DNA of 63,768 nt, filler included, from Candidatus Delongbacteria bacterium (GTDB lineage: Bacteria > UBA4055): the NCBI GenBank assembly GCA_016937995.1. It is 5 parts of 5 records of this genome, joined end to end, with 100 filler letters (N's around TTAATTAATTAA, not from the genome) between each part and the next. Parts side by side here need not be neighbours in the genome. Positions count along the whole stretch, not along the records: positions 1 to 16,278 come from JAFGVM010000078.1; 4 more parts are not named here. One strand, given 5' to 3'. Under the pieces are notes generated by a model. That model saw nothing but the letters and a program-made list of their open reading frames with translations, had not been told where the DNA came from and ran no database searches. The position numbers and the translations under genes are program-made. This document shows, piece after piece, positions 1-9,484 of the stretch. Positions within the stretch are counted from its first letter, which is position 1. Every line of letters starts with the position of its first letter.

Positions 1-63
1 AATCATGCAGGTCTCAAAGAACATAGAAAGTTTAAAATTCTAGATTATTTATTATCTAAATAG
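1..63 (+). CDS. Possible 3' end of a gene entering the window (NHAGLKEHRKFKILDYLLSK*)
   Basis: Frame 1 is open from base 1 to TAG at 61-63; too short to identify. Confidence 0.3.
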   Translation, partial: NHAGLKEHRKFKILDYLLSK

Positions 64-122
64 CACCCACTTTTTGACCATTACACCACAAATTATTAAA
101 ACTGAAATTTTCCGACAAGCTT

Positions 123-425
123 ATGGAGTTAAAAAATATCGAAACCATCAGAAAAAGGGATTATAAAGTATATCTTGATAACAATGACAATATTTTGAAC
201 TCAATGAATTTTGATAAGAGGATCTCAGAGCAGCTTTTACTTGAGCAGGAAAAATATTTTAAGATACATCAGGAAAGCATTAGAAAGTTCATTAATGCAA
301 AAGTTGACCTGATCGAAGATATTATGAAAGTATTTGTCGCAAAAGATTACATAGACAACATTGAATCAAACGACTGCAGACACATTGTCAATGTGAACAT
401 AATGCTGAATCTGAGTGATATTTAA
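123..425 (+). CDS. Hypothetical protein, 100 aa
   Basis: ATG-started ORF filling the gap and convergent with the next gene; no recognisable motif. Confidence 0.55.
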   Translation: MELKNIETIRKRDYKVYLDNNDNILNSMNFDKRISEQLLLEQEKYFKIHQESIRKFINAKVDLIEDIMKVFVAKDYIDNIESNDCRHIVNVNIMLNLSDI

Positions 426-455
426 AAGCTTATTTTAATTTATGCGGATACAGAT

Positions 456-938
456 CTATCTTTTCGTGTGTATTTTTCTGTTAAAATATATCTCTTCCGC
501 TTTTTTCATTTCTGAAACGTAGGATACGTAAAAAATACTTCCAAAAAATATTAGAATTGAAATGATCAGAGGAATGAATAGATTCCTGCTACCAAAGTTT
601 TTTCTTCTGAGAAGAAAGGACGGATATGCATATAGCCATAAGATCAGAAAAACAAAGAAAGTTAAAAATTTCCCGCCGTATATCTTCTTTTTCTTAAATA
701 TCTCAATTTTCATTCCCAACCTGTGAGAATCTATAGTTGCCACTATGGTTGTAAGCAAAATTGTCAATACGAGAACGACAATAAGATATGTACCCATTCT
801 TTTAAAATAATCCAGGTACAAAAACCAGTACCAGATCATTATTGACGATATCAATGGTATTATAACCATTATAAAACCTAATATATCCAGTTTTTTTTCT
901 TTCCCGGCCAAGTTATTATTCTCTTGAGAATCTTCCAA
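456..938 (-). CDS. Hypothetical membrane protein (about 4 TM segments)
   Basis: Four hydrophobic stretches; TTG start with AGGA upstream. Confidence 0.7.
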   Translation of the reverse strand: MEDSQENNNLAGKEKKLDILGFIMVIIPLISSIMIWYWFLYLDYFKRMGTYLIVVLVLTILLTTIVATIDSHRLGMKIEIFKKKKIYGGKFLTFFVFLILWLYAYPSFLLRRKNFGSRNLFIPLIISILIFFGSIFYVSYVSEMKKAEEIYFNRKIHTKR

Positions 939-1045
939 TTTTTTTATCCTGATATTTCTTTTTTAATATACTGTTTACAAATTCATGTTGAAAGCTCATA
1001 AATTAATCAGCAATTGTCAAGCTTTTTTTAATTATGAATATCAAT

Positions 1046-1073
1046 AAAAAAAGGTGCTCGTAGAGCACCTTTT
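1046..1073 (-). terminator. Intrinsic terminator of the DUF2089 operon
   Basis: AAAAGGTGCTC-GTA-GAGCACCTTTT hairpin with U-tract on the minus strand, just after the stop at 1090. Confidence 0.8.
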
Positions 1074-1089
1074 GCTCGATCTTCATCAA

Positions 1090-1503
1090 CTATTTTTCTA
1101 TGTAGATCCTTACATGATCACCGTCAGCACTTGTAACATTAACAATATCATCATCAAGATTATCTGCAAAATCCTGAATATTGTTAATAATATTCTCAAG
1201 ATCTATGCCTTCCTGATTGATATCGGCAAGTTTTTTTGCCGGGACCATGTTGATAGCCAGCTTTGCTAACATAAGAGGTAAAGTGACCATCACATTATCA
1301 CCGTCTGCACTTTTAACTTCGATCTTGAATTTACCTTTTAATTTCTTGTCTTTCAGCGATGCTACAATACCGTTAGAAGTTTCCGGTCTTTCCGGTTTTG
1401 TTGTAACAGTATCCACAGCTGACAATAAATTTGCAGCCTGTTCTGCTGTTATCTTTTTCTCTTCAAGCATTTTAAGAATGTTTAATTTCTCCTGGCTTGT
1501 CAT
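1090..1503 (-). CDS. SHOCT-like domain protein (YvlB/LiaX N-terminal-like motif)
   Basis: N-terminal EKLNILKMLEEKKITAEQAANLLSAV; C-terminal V.SADGD.V motif repeated twice; AGGAG SD. Confidence 0.8.
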   Translation of the reverse strand: MTSQEKLNILKMLEEKKITAEQAANLLSAVDTVTTKPERPETSNGIVASLKDKKLKGKFKIEVKSADGDNVMVTLPLMLAKLAINMVPAKKLADINQEGIDLENIINNIQDFADNLDDDIVNVTSADGDHVRIYIEK

Positions 1504-1515
1504 GATAGACTCCTT

Positions 1516-1935
1516 TTATAGTTTAATTTTGATTTTTGTTTTATCGGATGAATTAACTTCAACCTCAATTGTGTCTTTAAAACCTAGCATTGGCTGTTTT
1601 TTTATCAGTAAAAAAATATTTACAAAGAAAAACGTTATCGGTCTTAAGATCTGGTAATTTAAATATATTTGATCGTTTTCAACTTTTATACCGCTCATCC
1701 ATGGAATTTCAAGAATTTTTTTTCCGGTAAAATTGATACTGAGGTAATCAAGAAAGGAATATATGAAGTATATGGTCATGAAGAATTTTATAAAACCTCC
1801 GTCAATTCCATTCAGAACAAGTATATTTATAACCCAGACAGTTGATGTGATTATAAGTAATACTTTTGTTTCTTTCACAGAAACACCTTTGATCAAAAAG
1901 TAAAACAGCCATGTGACAACTAATAGAATTAGCAT
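1516..1935 (-). CDS. Hypothetical membrane protein in DUF2089 operon
   Basis: Hydrophobic N-terminal half; tight operon spacing; AGGT SD. Confidence 0.7.
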   Translation of the reverse strand: MLILLVVTWLFYFLIKGVSVKETKVLLIITSTVWVINILVLNGIDGGFIKFFMTIYFIYSFLDYLSINFTGKKILEIPWMSGIKVENDQIYLNYQILRPITFFFVNIFLLIKKQPMLGFKDTIEVEVNSSDKTKIKIKL

Positions 1936-1945
1936 TTTAGTATAC

Positions 1946-2863
1946 CTATTTATTTAACGCTGAGATTAATTTTTCCGCATCTTCCGCATTTATCTTTCCC
2001 TCAGAAAGCATTTTCAGGATCATTTGAATATTCTCTTCATTGTTCTTTCTGGGATTAACTTCCTCTTTAACTTTTTCATGAGGCATAAATTTAAAATGCT
2101 CTTTAAACTGTTTTATCATTGGTTGTATCGAATCTTTTAAAAATTGCAAATTCTTCAATTCTTTTAATCCACCCTGCTGCACAATTGCATCTTCAGGGAA
2201 ATCACCAGTGATATTATTATCACCTGTGACCGAATTTATATAGATCTTGTGACCAGATGTAAATTTAGTGCTATTTATGCTTATATCGCCTGATACTATT
2301 TTTATCTTAGCATCTTCTTCCAGATCAAATTCACCACTGATACTGATATCTCCATTTACGTTGTTAATGCCCAGCTGCCTGTAAACACCTTCAGCAATAC
2401 TGACATCACCGTTAACGTTATTTGCTTTGACAGCACCTATGAAATTACTTGCCTTCAGATCACCGTTCACGATATTTACGTTTATATCAATATCACCGAC
2501 ATTCACAACCTGAACATCACCATTTCGTGTTGAAATACCTGATACCAATCCCGCAATATCATGTATTGATATATCTCCACTTACATTTTTAACCTCACCT
2601 GACAATTTGACACCTGATGGGACTTTAATAACAACATCAACATCTTTAACATTAAAAGTTTTCAATAATTTTTTTGAATCTTTCTGAATGATCGTTAATT
2701 CATTATTTTCAAATTTAATGTCAAAAATTTCTTCAGCTGTATTTTTCCTAAGATCTCCAAGCTCAAGTTCAATATCATTTCTTTCCTCTCCATGGATCTC
2801 TATGTCACCGTCAACCAAATTAAGTTTAAGTGCAAACTTATCACTATCAATAGAATAATTCAT
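1946..2863 (-). CDS. DUF4097 (toastrack/adhesin-like beta-repeat) protein with C-terminal SHOCT-like motif
   Basis: Repeated (N/S)V(N/S)GD(I/V) units; C-terminal ILKMLSEGKINAEDAEKLISAL; GGAGGA SD. Confidence 0.85.
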   Translation of the reverse strand: MNYSIDSDKFALKLNLVDGDIEIHGEERNDIELELGDLRKNTAEEIFDIKFENNELTIIQKDSKKLLKTFNVKDVDVVIKVPSGVKLSGEVKNVSGDISIHDIAGLVSGISTRNGDVQVVNVGDIDINVNIVNGDLKASNFIGAVKANNVNGDVSIAEGVYRQLGINNVNGDISISGEFDLEEDAKIKIVSGDISINSTKFTSGHKIYINSVTGDNNITGDFPEDAIVQQGGLKELKNLQFLKDSIQPMIKQFKEHFKFMPHEKVKEEVNPRKNNEENIQMILKMLSEGKINAEDAEKLISALNK

Positions 2864-2873
2864 TTTATCCTCC

Positions 2874-3233
2874 TTATTTCTTTAATTTTTTCAAAGCTTC
2901 CTCTACGGAATACTCACCTTTGCTTATGAGTTCAATAATATCGCCTGTATCAACTTCTTCATCATCATTCTCCAGGTCCAGTGCCGCTTTTGTCTTTTTT
3001 AAAAGATTTTTTATCTTCGGATAAGAACAATTTAAAAGCTTTTCTGTCTGTTTTATACTTCCTTCGGCAGCAATGAAAGTTTTAATAAAATCAAATATTT
3101 CATCACTTAAACCCTGACATTTTTCCTGCCTATCAAATTCGCCGGATATCTTGGTTTTACACTTTAGGCATTCATATTTTACAACTTTCAATTCTCCGTC
3201 ACATACCGGACAGTTCGTTAGTGATCTTTTCAT
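2874..3233 (-). CDS. DUF2089 family Zn-ribbon/HTH protein
   Basis: CPVC...CLKC ribbon, FI...GSIKQTEKLLNCSYPKIK HTH; start moved to ATG 3233, which has a GGAGGA SD. Confidence 0.85.
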   Translation of the reverse strand: MKRSLTNCPVCDGELKVVKYECLKCKTKISGEFDRQEKCQGLSDEIFDFIKTFIAAEGSIKQTEKLLNCSYPKIKNLLKKTKAALDLENDDEEVDTGDIIELISKGEYSVEEALKKLKK

Positions 3234-3268
3234 AAATCCTCCATGATTTTTCATTTGTCATCAAAAGC

Positions 3269-3297
3269 AATATAAACATTTTCAATCTAATTGTCAA
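3269..3297 (-). promoter_or_regulatory. sigma70-type promoter of DUF2089 operon
   Basis: TTGACA-N17-TATATT on minus strand. Confidence 0.75.
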
Positions 3298-3379
3298 GCA
3301 AATATTAATATTTTTAACATTTTTAGAAATATAAGCTTGATTTTATTAACATATCTCACTTATCTATTCTCAAAAAATG

Positions 3380-3406
3380 AAAAAAGTGCAAATTTTGCAC
3401 TTTTTT
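3380..3406 (-). terminator. Intrinsic terminator after hslO
   Basis: AAAAAAGTGCAAA/TTTGCACTTTTTT inverted repeat with A/T tracts on both sides. Confidence 0.7.
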
Positions 3407-3430
3407 CTGTGGTCATAAAACAGTAATAAA

Positions 3431-4312
3431 TTATTTTTTATCGAGTATATTTTCGATCGTATCCCTGTGAAAATTGTATGAGGTATTGCAAAATTGGCAT
3501 TTAACTTCTGTAACCTCTTGAGTATTGTATATGTCTTCAAGTTCTGTTTTGCTTAGAAGCAGCAGACTCTGCTCCATCTTTTCTTTTGAACATCCGCATT
3601 TATATTTTGCTTCAATTTCATCAGTATACTTAACAGTAAAACCTTTTAAGATCATTTCTGAAATTATTTTTTTAATCGAATAACCCATATCCATAATATC
3701 GGTCATATTGGGGAAAATCCTTAAATTATTCTCAATTATCTCAATAATTTCTTCAGGGGTTTCAGGCATCAGTTGTATAATGAATCCTCCTGACCTTTGA
3801 ACACTTCCATCAGGATTAACAAGCACACCAAGTCCAACAGATGACGGGATCTGCTCAGATTTGACAAAATAATACGTCAGATCCTGCGCAATTGTTCCGT
3901 ATATCAGTTCCACCTGGCCTGTATGAGGAGTTTTCATATCCAGATCCTTTATCACACTTAAAATTCCGTTACCGAGAGCTTCTTTTACATTAAATTCCTT
4001 TCTTACTTCTGTTAAAGGAAGTTCAACTTCAGGATTAAAGACATAACCCTTGACCTCTCCACGAGAATTCGCAGTTGCAACAGCTCCTGCTGAGGGACCG
4101 TCACCTTTCACTTTAACAGTGATAGTCTCATTTTCACCTTTCAGGTCAGCTCCGAGCATAAGTGCCGCATTTAACATTCTTCCCAAAAGCACTGTGTTTG
4201 TCATAGACAGATTATGCATCTCTGCTGCTTCTTTTGTAAGTTCGGTTGAATCAACAATGAAAAATCTAATATATTTATCTTCTGTAATTCCTCTTATTAT
4301 AGTGTCAGACAT
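3431..4312 (-). CDS. hslO: Hsp33 redox-regulated chaperone
   Basis: SEQIPS, GGFIIQLMP and C-terminal CGC...CQFC zinc motif. Confidence 0.95.
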   Translation of the reverse strand: MSDTIIRGITEDKYIRFFIVDSTELTKEAAEMHNLSMTNTVLLGRMLNAALMLGADLKGENETITVKVKGDGPSAGAVATANSRGEVKGYVFNPEVELPLTEVRKEFNVKEALGNGILSVIKDLDMKTPHTGQVELIYGTIAQDLTYYFVKSEQIPSSVGLGVLVNPDGSVQRSGGFIIQLMPETPEEIIEIIENNLRIFPNMTDIMDMGYSIKKIISEMILKGFTVKYTDEIEAKYKCGCSKEKMEQSLLLLSKTELEDIYNTQEVTEVKCQFCNTSYNFHRDTIENILDKK

Positions 4313-4511
4313 ACGGCTTCCTTTATTTTTAATGTATAAAACATATACAATATAAGACTTTTTTTTTGAATTACCTTTTCCTTAAAATATCAACACAGAT
4401 AAAGACCCTTTGGAAATAAGTAACAAAAGAAAGAGAATACTTGTTAAGAAGGAACTTATAAAAGCTAAGTGACTTTGAAAACAAGTGTACTCGGACGAAG
4501 TAGAACGAAGT

Positions 4512-5405
4512 TTATAAATAGTCTTCCTCGAAAGACTTAAAACCCTCACCGCGTACATCACGAACGTCAATTATTGTTACAAAAGCCTCCGGATCAATTT
4601 CTTTTACATAATATTGAAGAGCCACTAACTCCCTCCTGCTGACAGCAGTAAAAATGATCTCTTTCTGATTACCTTTGAACATTCCTTCACCGTGAAATAT
4701 AGTAGCACCTCTGTTCAATGATCTTTTTATCTTCTCCCCTATCTCTTTATATTTTTCTGAAATTATGAACGCACCTTTTTTATAGTTCAATCCTACTGTT
4801 ATTGAATCTATAACCTTTCCTGTGGCATAAATAGTTATTACAGCATATAAAGCTAATTTGATATCCGCGAATATCAGAGTTCCGGCTATTACCACTACCA
4901 CATCCAGTAATATCAGCAATTGACCCATTGAAATACCTGAGTGTTTATTAATGATCTGCGCAACGATATCAGAACCACCGGAAGTAGCTCTAGAACGGAA
5001 TATTAAGCCGAGTCCTCCACCGATCAAGATACCTCCAAATAAAGATGAGAGAATCATTTCGTTCTCTATGACAAGAGGTTTGTCCCCCCAGAAATATGTT
5101 AGTACGTCAATCGCAACTGATGTTAAAGTCATTCCCAGAATTGTCTTCCAGCCAAATTTAGGACCCAGTTCTTTAATTCCCCAGATAACAAGTGGAATAT
5201 TTAAAACGAGACCTGTTGTACCTGTCGGTAATCCAAAAGTATGATGCAGAATAATTGCGATACCGTAAATTCCGCCGGGTACAATTTTGTAAGGTACTAC
5301 AAAGAACACATAGCCAGCTGCCATTATTAGTGATCCGATAATAATGTAAACCAAATCAATGTACCATTGCTTTGTAAATGATTTGATCCCTGTGTAAACT
5401 CCCAT
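4512..5405 (-). CDS. YitT family membrane protein (DUF161/DUF2179)
   Basis: PGGIYGI, LNIPL, TSGGSDI, RGAT, IDPEAF, V.GEGF motifs. Confidence 0.9.
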   Translation of the reverse strand: MGVYTGIKSFTKQWYIDLVYIIIGSLIMAAGYVFFVVPYKIVPGGIYGIAIILHHTFGLPTGTTGLVLNIPLVIWGIKELGPKFGWKTILGMTLTSVAIDVLTYFWGDKPLVIENEMILSSLFGGILIGGGLGLIFRSRATSGGSDIVAQIINKHSGISMGQLLILLDVVVVIAGTLIFADIKLALYAVITIYATGKVIDSITVGLNYKKGAFIISEKYKEIGEKIKRSLNRGATIFHGEGMFKGNQKEIIFTAVSRRELVALQYYVKEIDPEAFVTIIDVRDVRGEGFKSFEEDYL

Positions 5406-5436
5406 TTTATCCTCCTTAATTACACAATCCGGTGCA

Positions 5437-5464
5437 AATATAAGAGTTTAAAATTTAGTGTCAA
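5437..5464 (-). promoter_or_regulatory. sigma70-type promoter of the YitT gene
   Basis: TTGACA-N16-TATATT on minus strand. Confidence 0.6.
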
Positions 5465-5582
5465 TGGATAATATCAGTTAAATAAAATCCTTTTCATTTT
5501 TTAATTAAAACATATTCATTTTGTCCTTTCAACAACAACTATTATAATCTATATTTAATAGTAGATAACGACAGGATGTAAA

Positions 5583-6230
5583 ATGTCAGAAAACTTGTTC
5601 GGAACAGGTCATTTATTTAAGTATGAGACTGATCTATATCTGAAAGGATATAAATTTATTGCAGGTGTTGATGAGGCAGGTAGAGGTCCGTTGGCTGGTC
5701 CTGTAGTTGCTGCCGCTGTAATATTCAAACAGGGTGATGTAATTGAAGGGGTCGACGATTCCAAAAAATTATCACCGAAGAGAAGAAATGAACTGTTCTA
5801 TAAGATCAGAAAAAATGCAGTCGCTTATGCAGTAGGGATCGTATCGCACCACAGAATAGATGAAATTGATATATTGAGAGCTACTTTTGAGGCAATGAAA
5901 ATTGCTGTAGGTAAACTTATGCCTGAACCTGATTTTATATTGATAGACGGAAGAGATGAACCTTTTGAAACAAAAGAACAAATGAGCATTGTCAAAGGAG
6001 ACAGCCTGTCTTACTCTATCGCAGCGGCTTCAATTATAGCTAAAGTAACCAGAGACAAGATCATGAATTTTTATGATAAGAAGTATCCCGCATACGGTTT
6101 TGCACATAACAAAGGCTATGCCACAGCAGAACACATTGATGCAATTAAAGAACATGGACGCTGTGAAGTGCATAGAAAAACTTTTTCTTTACAATTTGAA
6201 AGAGATAAACAATTATATTTAGATCTGTAA
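5583..6230 (+). CDS. rnhB: Ribonuclease HII
   Basis: GVDEAGRGPLAGPV, DDSKKL, KGD, SIAAASIIAKVTRD, HNKGY. Confidence 0.97.
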   Translation: MSENLFGTGHLFKYETDLYLKGYKFIAGVDEAGRGPLAGPVVAAAVIFKQGDVIEGVDDSKKLSPKRRNELFYKIRKNAVAYAVGIVSHHRIDEIDILRATFEAMKIAVGKLMPEPDFILIDGRDEPFETKEQMSIVKGDSLSYSIAAASIIAKVTRDKIMNFYDKKYPAYGFAHNKGYATAEHIDAIKEHGRCEVHRKTFSLQFERDKQLYLDL

Positions 6231-6248
6231 ACATCAAGAAGGAGCAAT

Positions 6249-7403
6249 ATGTTCTACCTGTATTTAGCAGTACTGACTAACGCTTTGATATATATATTAT
6301 ACATTCATAAGTTCATAAAAGGTCTGTCAAAATTGCCTAACGAGCAGATATTTACTGTTGATGACCGGCAATTACCATCGGTAACTATTATTGTACCCGC
6401 ACGAAATGAAGAGAATTATATTGAAAGAACAATAATATCTCTTCTTTATCAGGACTATCCGAATGATAAATTTCACATTATCGCTATAGATGACAGATCA
6501 AAGGACCGTACAGGAGAAATTCTTGATTCTTTGAAAGTAAATTCGTCTAATGTTGAGGTAATTCATATCACTGAAGTACCGTTAAATGTCGCTCCAAAGA
6601 AAAATGCTATCTTAACAGCGGTCAAAAAATGTAATACTGACTACATAATCACAACTGACGGTGACTGTCTGCATCATAAACTCTGGCTAAGATCAATGGT
6701 TAATCCCGTTGTGGGTTCGGAAAAGAAAAATATCGGGATCGTTGCAGGAATGACCATTTTCGTAAAGGATAAATATTCATCTGAATGGGAAAGAACATGG
6801 CAGTCAATGCAGAACATTGATTATATTTCGCACTCACTTCTTGCTGCCGGAGCTATCGGCTGTAATAAAGGTTTCACTGCGAACGGAAGTAACCTGCTGA
6901 TAAAAAAAGAATTATACAGTGACACGACCGGATTAAAATCCAATGTGATATCCGGAGATGATTTCTTTATTATACAGCAAGCTGAAAAAGAAGGTTATAA
7001 AATACGTTTTGCGCTAAATGATGAATCCGTAGTTCACAGTTACCCTGTAAATACTATTGAAGGACTGGTCGATCAGAGAGCAAGATGGGCTTCCAAAACA
7101 ACAAGCTCATCCAAATTTGTCTTTATCTTCGCTTTGAACACATTCATTTTTTACATCGGACTTTCATTACTTTTTATCCTGGCTGTAATAAATCAGGTAC
7201 CGTTTAAAGCTTTCTTCGGCTTTTTGGCTTTAAAGATTATCCCTGAGACTATATTCCTTTTCTACGGATTTGGAAGAATGGGATTCGAGCTGAAAAACAG
7301 ATACTACATACTCCTTCAGGTATTTCATATACCGTTCAATTTGTATGCAGCTATAAAAGGTAAATTCTTCGGGTTCAAATGGAAAGGTATAACTTACAAA
7401 TAA
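6249..7403 (+). CDS. Glycosyltransferase family 2, membrane-anchored
   Basis: VPARNEE, DDRSKD, TDGD, SGDD and QRARW motifs; flanking TM helices. Confidence 0.9.
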   Translation: MFYLYLAVLTNALIYILYIHKFIKGLSKLPNEQIFTVDDRQLPSVTIIVPARNEENYIERTIISLLYQDYPNDKFHIIAIDDRSKDRTGEILDSLKVNSSNVEVIHITEVPLNVAPKKNAILTAVKKCNTDYIITTDGDCLHHKLWLRSMVNPVVGSEKKNIGIVAGMTIFVKDKYSSEWERTWQSMQNIDYISHSLLAAGAIGCNKGFTANGSNLLIKKELYSDTTGLKSNVISGDDFFIIQQAEKEGYKIRFALNDESVVHSYPVNTIEGLVDQRARWASKTTSSSKFVFIFALNTFIFYIGLSLLFILAVINQVPFKAFFGFLALKIIPETIFLFYGFGRMGFELKNRYYILLQVFHIPFNLYAAIKGKFFGFKWKGITYK

Positions 7404-7427
7404 ATCATAAATTAAATCAGGATTATC

Positions 7428-8753
7428 ATGTCAATAAGTAACGTAGTAGCGATCGTAGGAAGACCGAATATCGGAAAATCAACCCTTTTCAATAGATTAA
7501 CAAAAAGTAGAGAGGCTATTGTTGATGATACATACGGAGTGACCAGAGATAGAAAATACGGACCTGTAGACTGGGCGGGAAGAACATTTTCATTAATTGA
7601 TACCGGTGGGTTCGTACCGGATACAAAAGATTTTTTTGAAGGTATGATAAATACTCAGATCGAAATCGCTCTGGATGAGGCTGAACACATAATTTTCCTG
7701 CTTGATGTGGAAACCGGGATCACAGCAATAGATCAGGAAATTGCAAATAAGCTAAAAAAAGCTGCAAAAAAAATCACAGTTGTTGTAAATAAAGTTGATA
7801 ATGACTCAAGAGAACTGGATGTAGTGGAGTTTTTCAATCTCGGACTTGGTGAACCTATTGGTATCTCTGCTATGGGTGGTAGAAATGTTGGTAATATGCT
7901 TGATCTGATAACTGACCATATATTACCTGACGGTGAAAAAGAAGAAGTGGTCGATGAGAGACTGAAAATCGCTATTATCGGAAAACCGAATGTAGGAAAA
8001 TCATCTCTGGTTAATGCATACCTTAACCAGGACAAGATGATAGTTTCAAACATACCCGGAACAACCAGAGATTCGATCGACTCAGTACTGAAATATAAGA
8101 ACAATGATATCCTTTTGATAGATACTGCAGGATTGAGAAGAAAAAAGAAGATCAGAGATAATATTGAATTTTACTCACTTGTAAGAACTTTGAAAGCGAT
8201 CGAGAGAACGGATGTTGTAATATTAATGATCGATGCGGTCGAAGGTTTAACAAAGCAGGATATTGATATACTTCTTGAGGCAAAAAAACTTCAAAATGGT
8301 ATTATTATCGCTGTAAATAAATGGGATCTTGTTGATGATAAGGTAACAAACAGTGCCAGAGATTATGAAGCTGCTCTGAGAAGAGAGCTTGACTGGATTC
8401 CTTATGTTGCTATTAAATTCATTTCAGTTCTTAATAAGCAAAGATTGTTGAAGTTACTTGACCTTTCATATGAGATAAAAGAAAGAAAGTTCACTAGAGT
8501 TTCCACTTCAAAATTGAATGATTATATATCAAAGATCATAAAAAAAACAACTCCGCCTACGTCAGGCAATATCATTATAAAGATCAAATACGTAACTCAA
8601 CCTGCTGTTAACCCTCCTGTATTTTCATTCTTTTTGAACGAACCTGAACATTTAAAAGAAAATTACAAAAAATTTCTTGAAAGAAAAATCCGGGAAGAAT
8701 ACGGTTATGAGGGAGTTCCGATCGTTATGAAATTTTTAAAGACAGGGAATTAA
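7428..8753 (+). CDS. der: Ribosome biogenesis GTPase Der (EngA)
   Basis: Two tandem GTPase domains (GRPNIGKS, DTGG, NKVD; GKPNVGKS, DTAG, NKWD) plus KH-like tail. Confidence 0.97.
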   Translation: MSISNVVAIVGRPNIGKSTLFNRLTKSREAIVDDTYGVTRDRKYGPVDWAGRTFSLIDTGGFVPDTKDFFEGMINTQIEIALDEAEHIIFLLDVETGITAIDQEIANKLKKAAKKITVVVNKVDNDSRELDVVEFFNLGLGEPIGISAMGGRNVGNMLDLITDHILPDGEKEEVVDERLKIAIIGKPNVGKSSLVNAYLNQDKMIVSNIPGTTRDSIDSVLKYKNNDILLIDTAGLRRKKKIRDNIEFYSLVRTLKAIERTDVVILMIDAVEGLTKQDIDILLEAKKLQNGIIIAVNKWDLVDDKVTNSARDYEAALRRELDWIPYVAIKFISVLNKQRLLKLLDLSYEIKERKFTRVSTSKLNDYISKIIKKTTPPTSGNIIIKIKYVTQPAVNPPVFSFFLNEPEHLKENYKKFLERKIREEYGYEGVPIVMKFLKTGN

Positions 8754-8779
8754 ATTTATTTAAGTTCGGGAGGTTTCCC

Positions 8780-9484
8780 ATGAATGATCAAAAAAAAGAT
8801 ATAAAGATCATGATCGTTGATGATGAGATGATCAACCTGAGAATTGTTGATGGAATGTTAAAACTTGAGAACTATACTTCTATTCTTGTAAATGATCCGC
8901 TATCTGCAGTTGATATGGTCGCTGAAAATAAACCTGACCTGATCTTACTGGATGTTGATATGCCCAGAAAAGATGGCTTTACGATATGCAAGGAATTGAA
9001 ACAAGACCCTGAGACAAAAAATATACCGATCCTGTTCTTATCAGGCAGATCAAGCAGTGAATACATAATTGAAGGTTTGAAAATAGGTGGTGTCGATTAT
9101 ATAACAAAACCTTTTCATGCACCCGAGCTTCTTGCAAGGGTAAATACTCATTTAAAGCTTAAAGATGCTACTGAAAAACTTATTGTCATGGAAAATATTA
9201 AAGCTCTACATGCTGCAATGGTAAGCCAGAATCATAACTTAAACCAGCTGACAACTTCTATTTTGGGACAGACTGAGATCATTAATATTATATTAAATAA
9301 AGAGATCGAATTGAACAAAGAAAAGATCCATAGTTGTTTGGGTTCTATAGAAAAGGCAGCTCTAGACATGAACAATATCATTCAAAAATTTAAGAATATT
9401 CAGAAGATAGAATATACTAAATATTCAAAAAATACTGATATGCTTGATCTTAACAGATCTTCTATTCCTGAAGAGGAGCTTTAA
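8780..9484 (+). CDS. Response regulator: REC plus short HisKA/DHp-like helical segment, no ATPase domain
   Basis: IVDD, LLDVDMP, DYITKPF; then NHNLNQLTTSILG resembling an H-box. Confidence 0.85.
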   Translation: MNDQKKDIKIMIVDDEMINLRIVDGMLKLENYTSILVNDPLSAVDMVAENKPDLILLDVDMPRKDGFTICKELKQDPETKNIPILFLSGRSSSEYIIEGLKIGGVDYITKPFHAPELLARVNTHLKLKDATEKLIVMENIKALHAAMVSQNHNLNQLTTSILGQTEIINIILNKEIELNKEKIHSCLGSIEKAALDMNNIIQKFKNIQKIEYTKYSKNTDMLDLNRSSIPEEEL

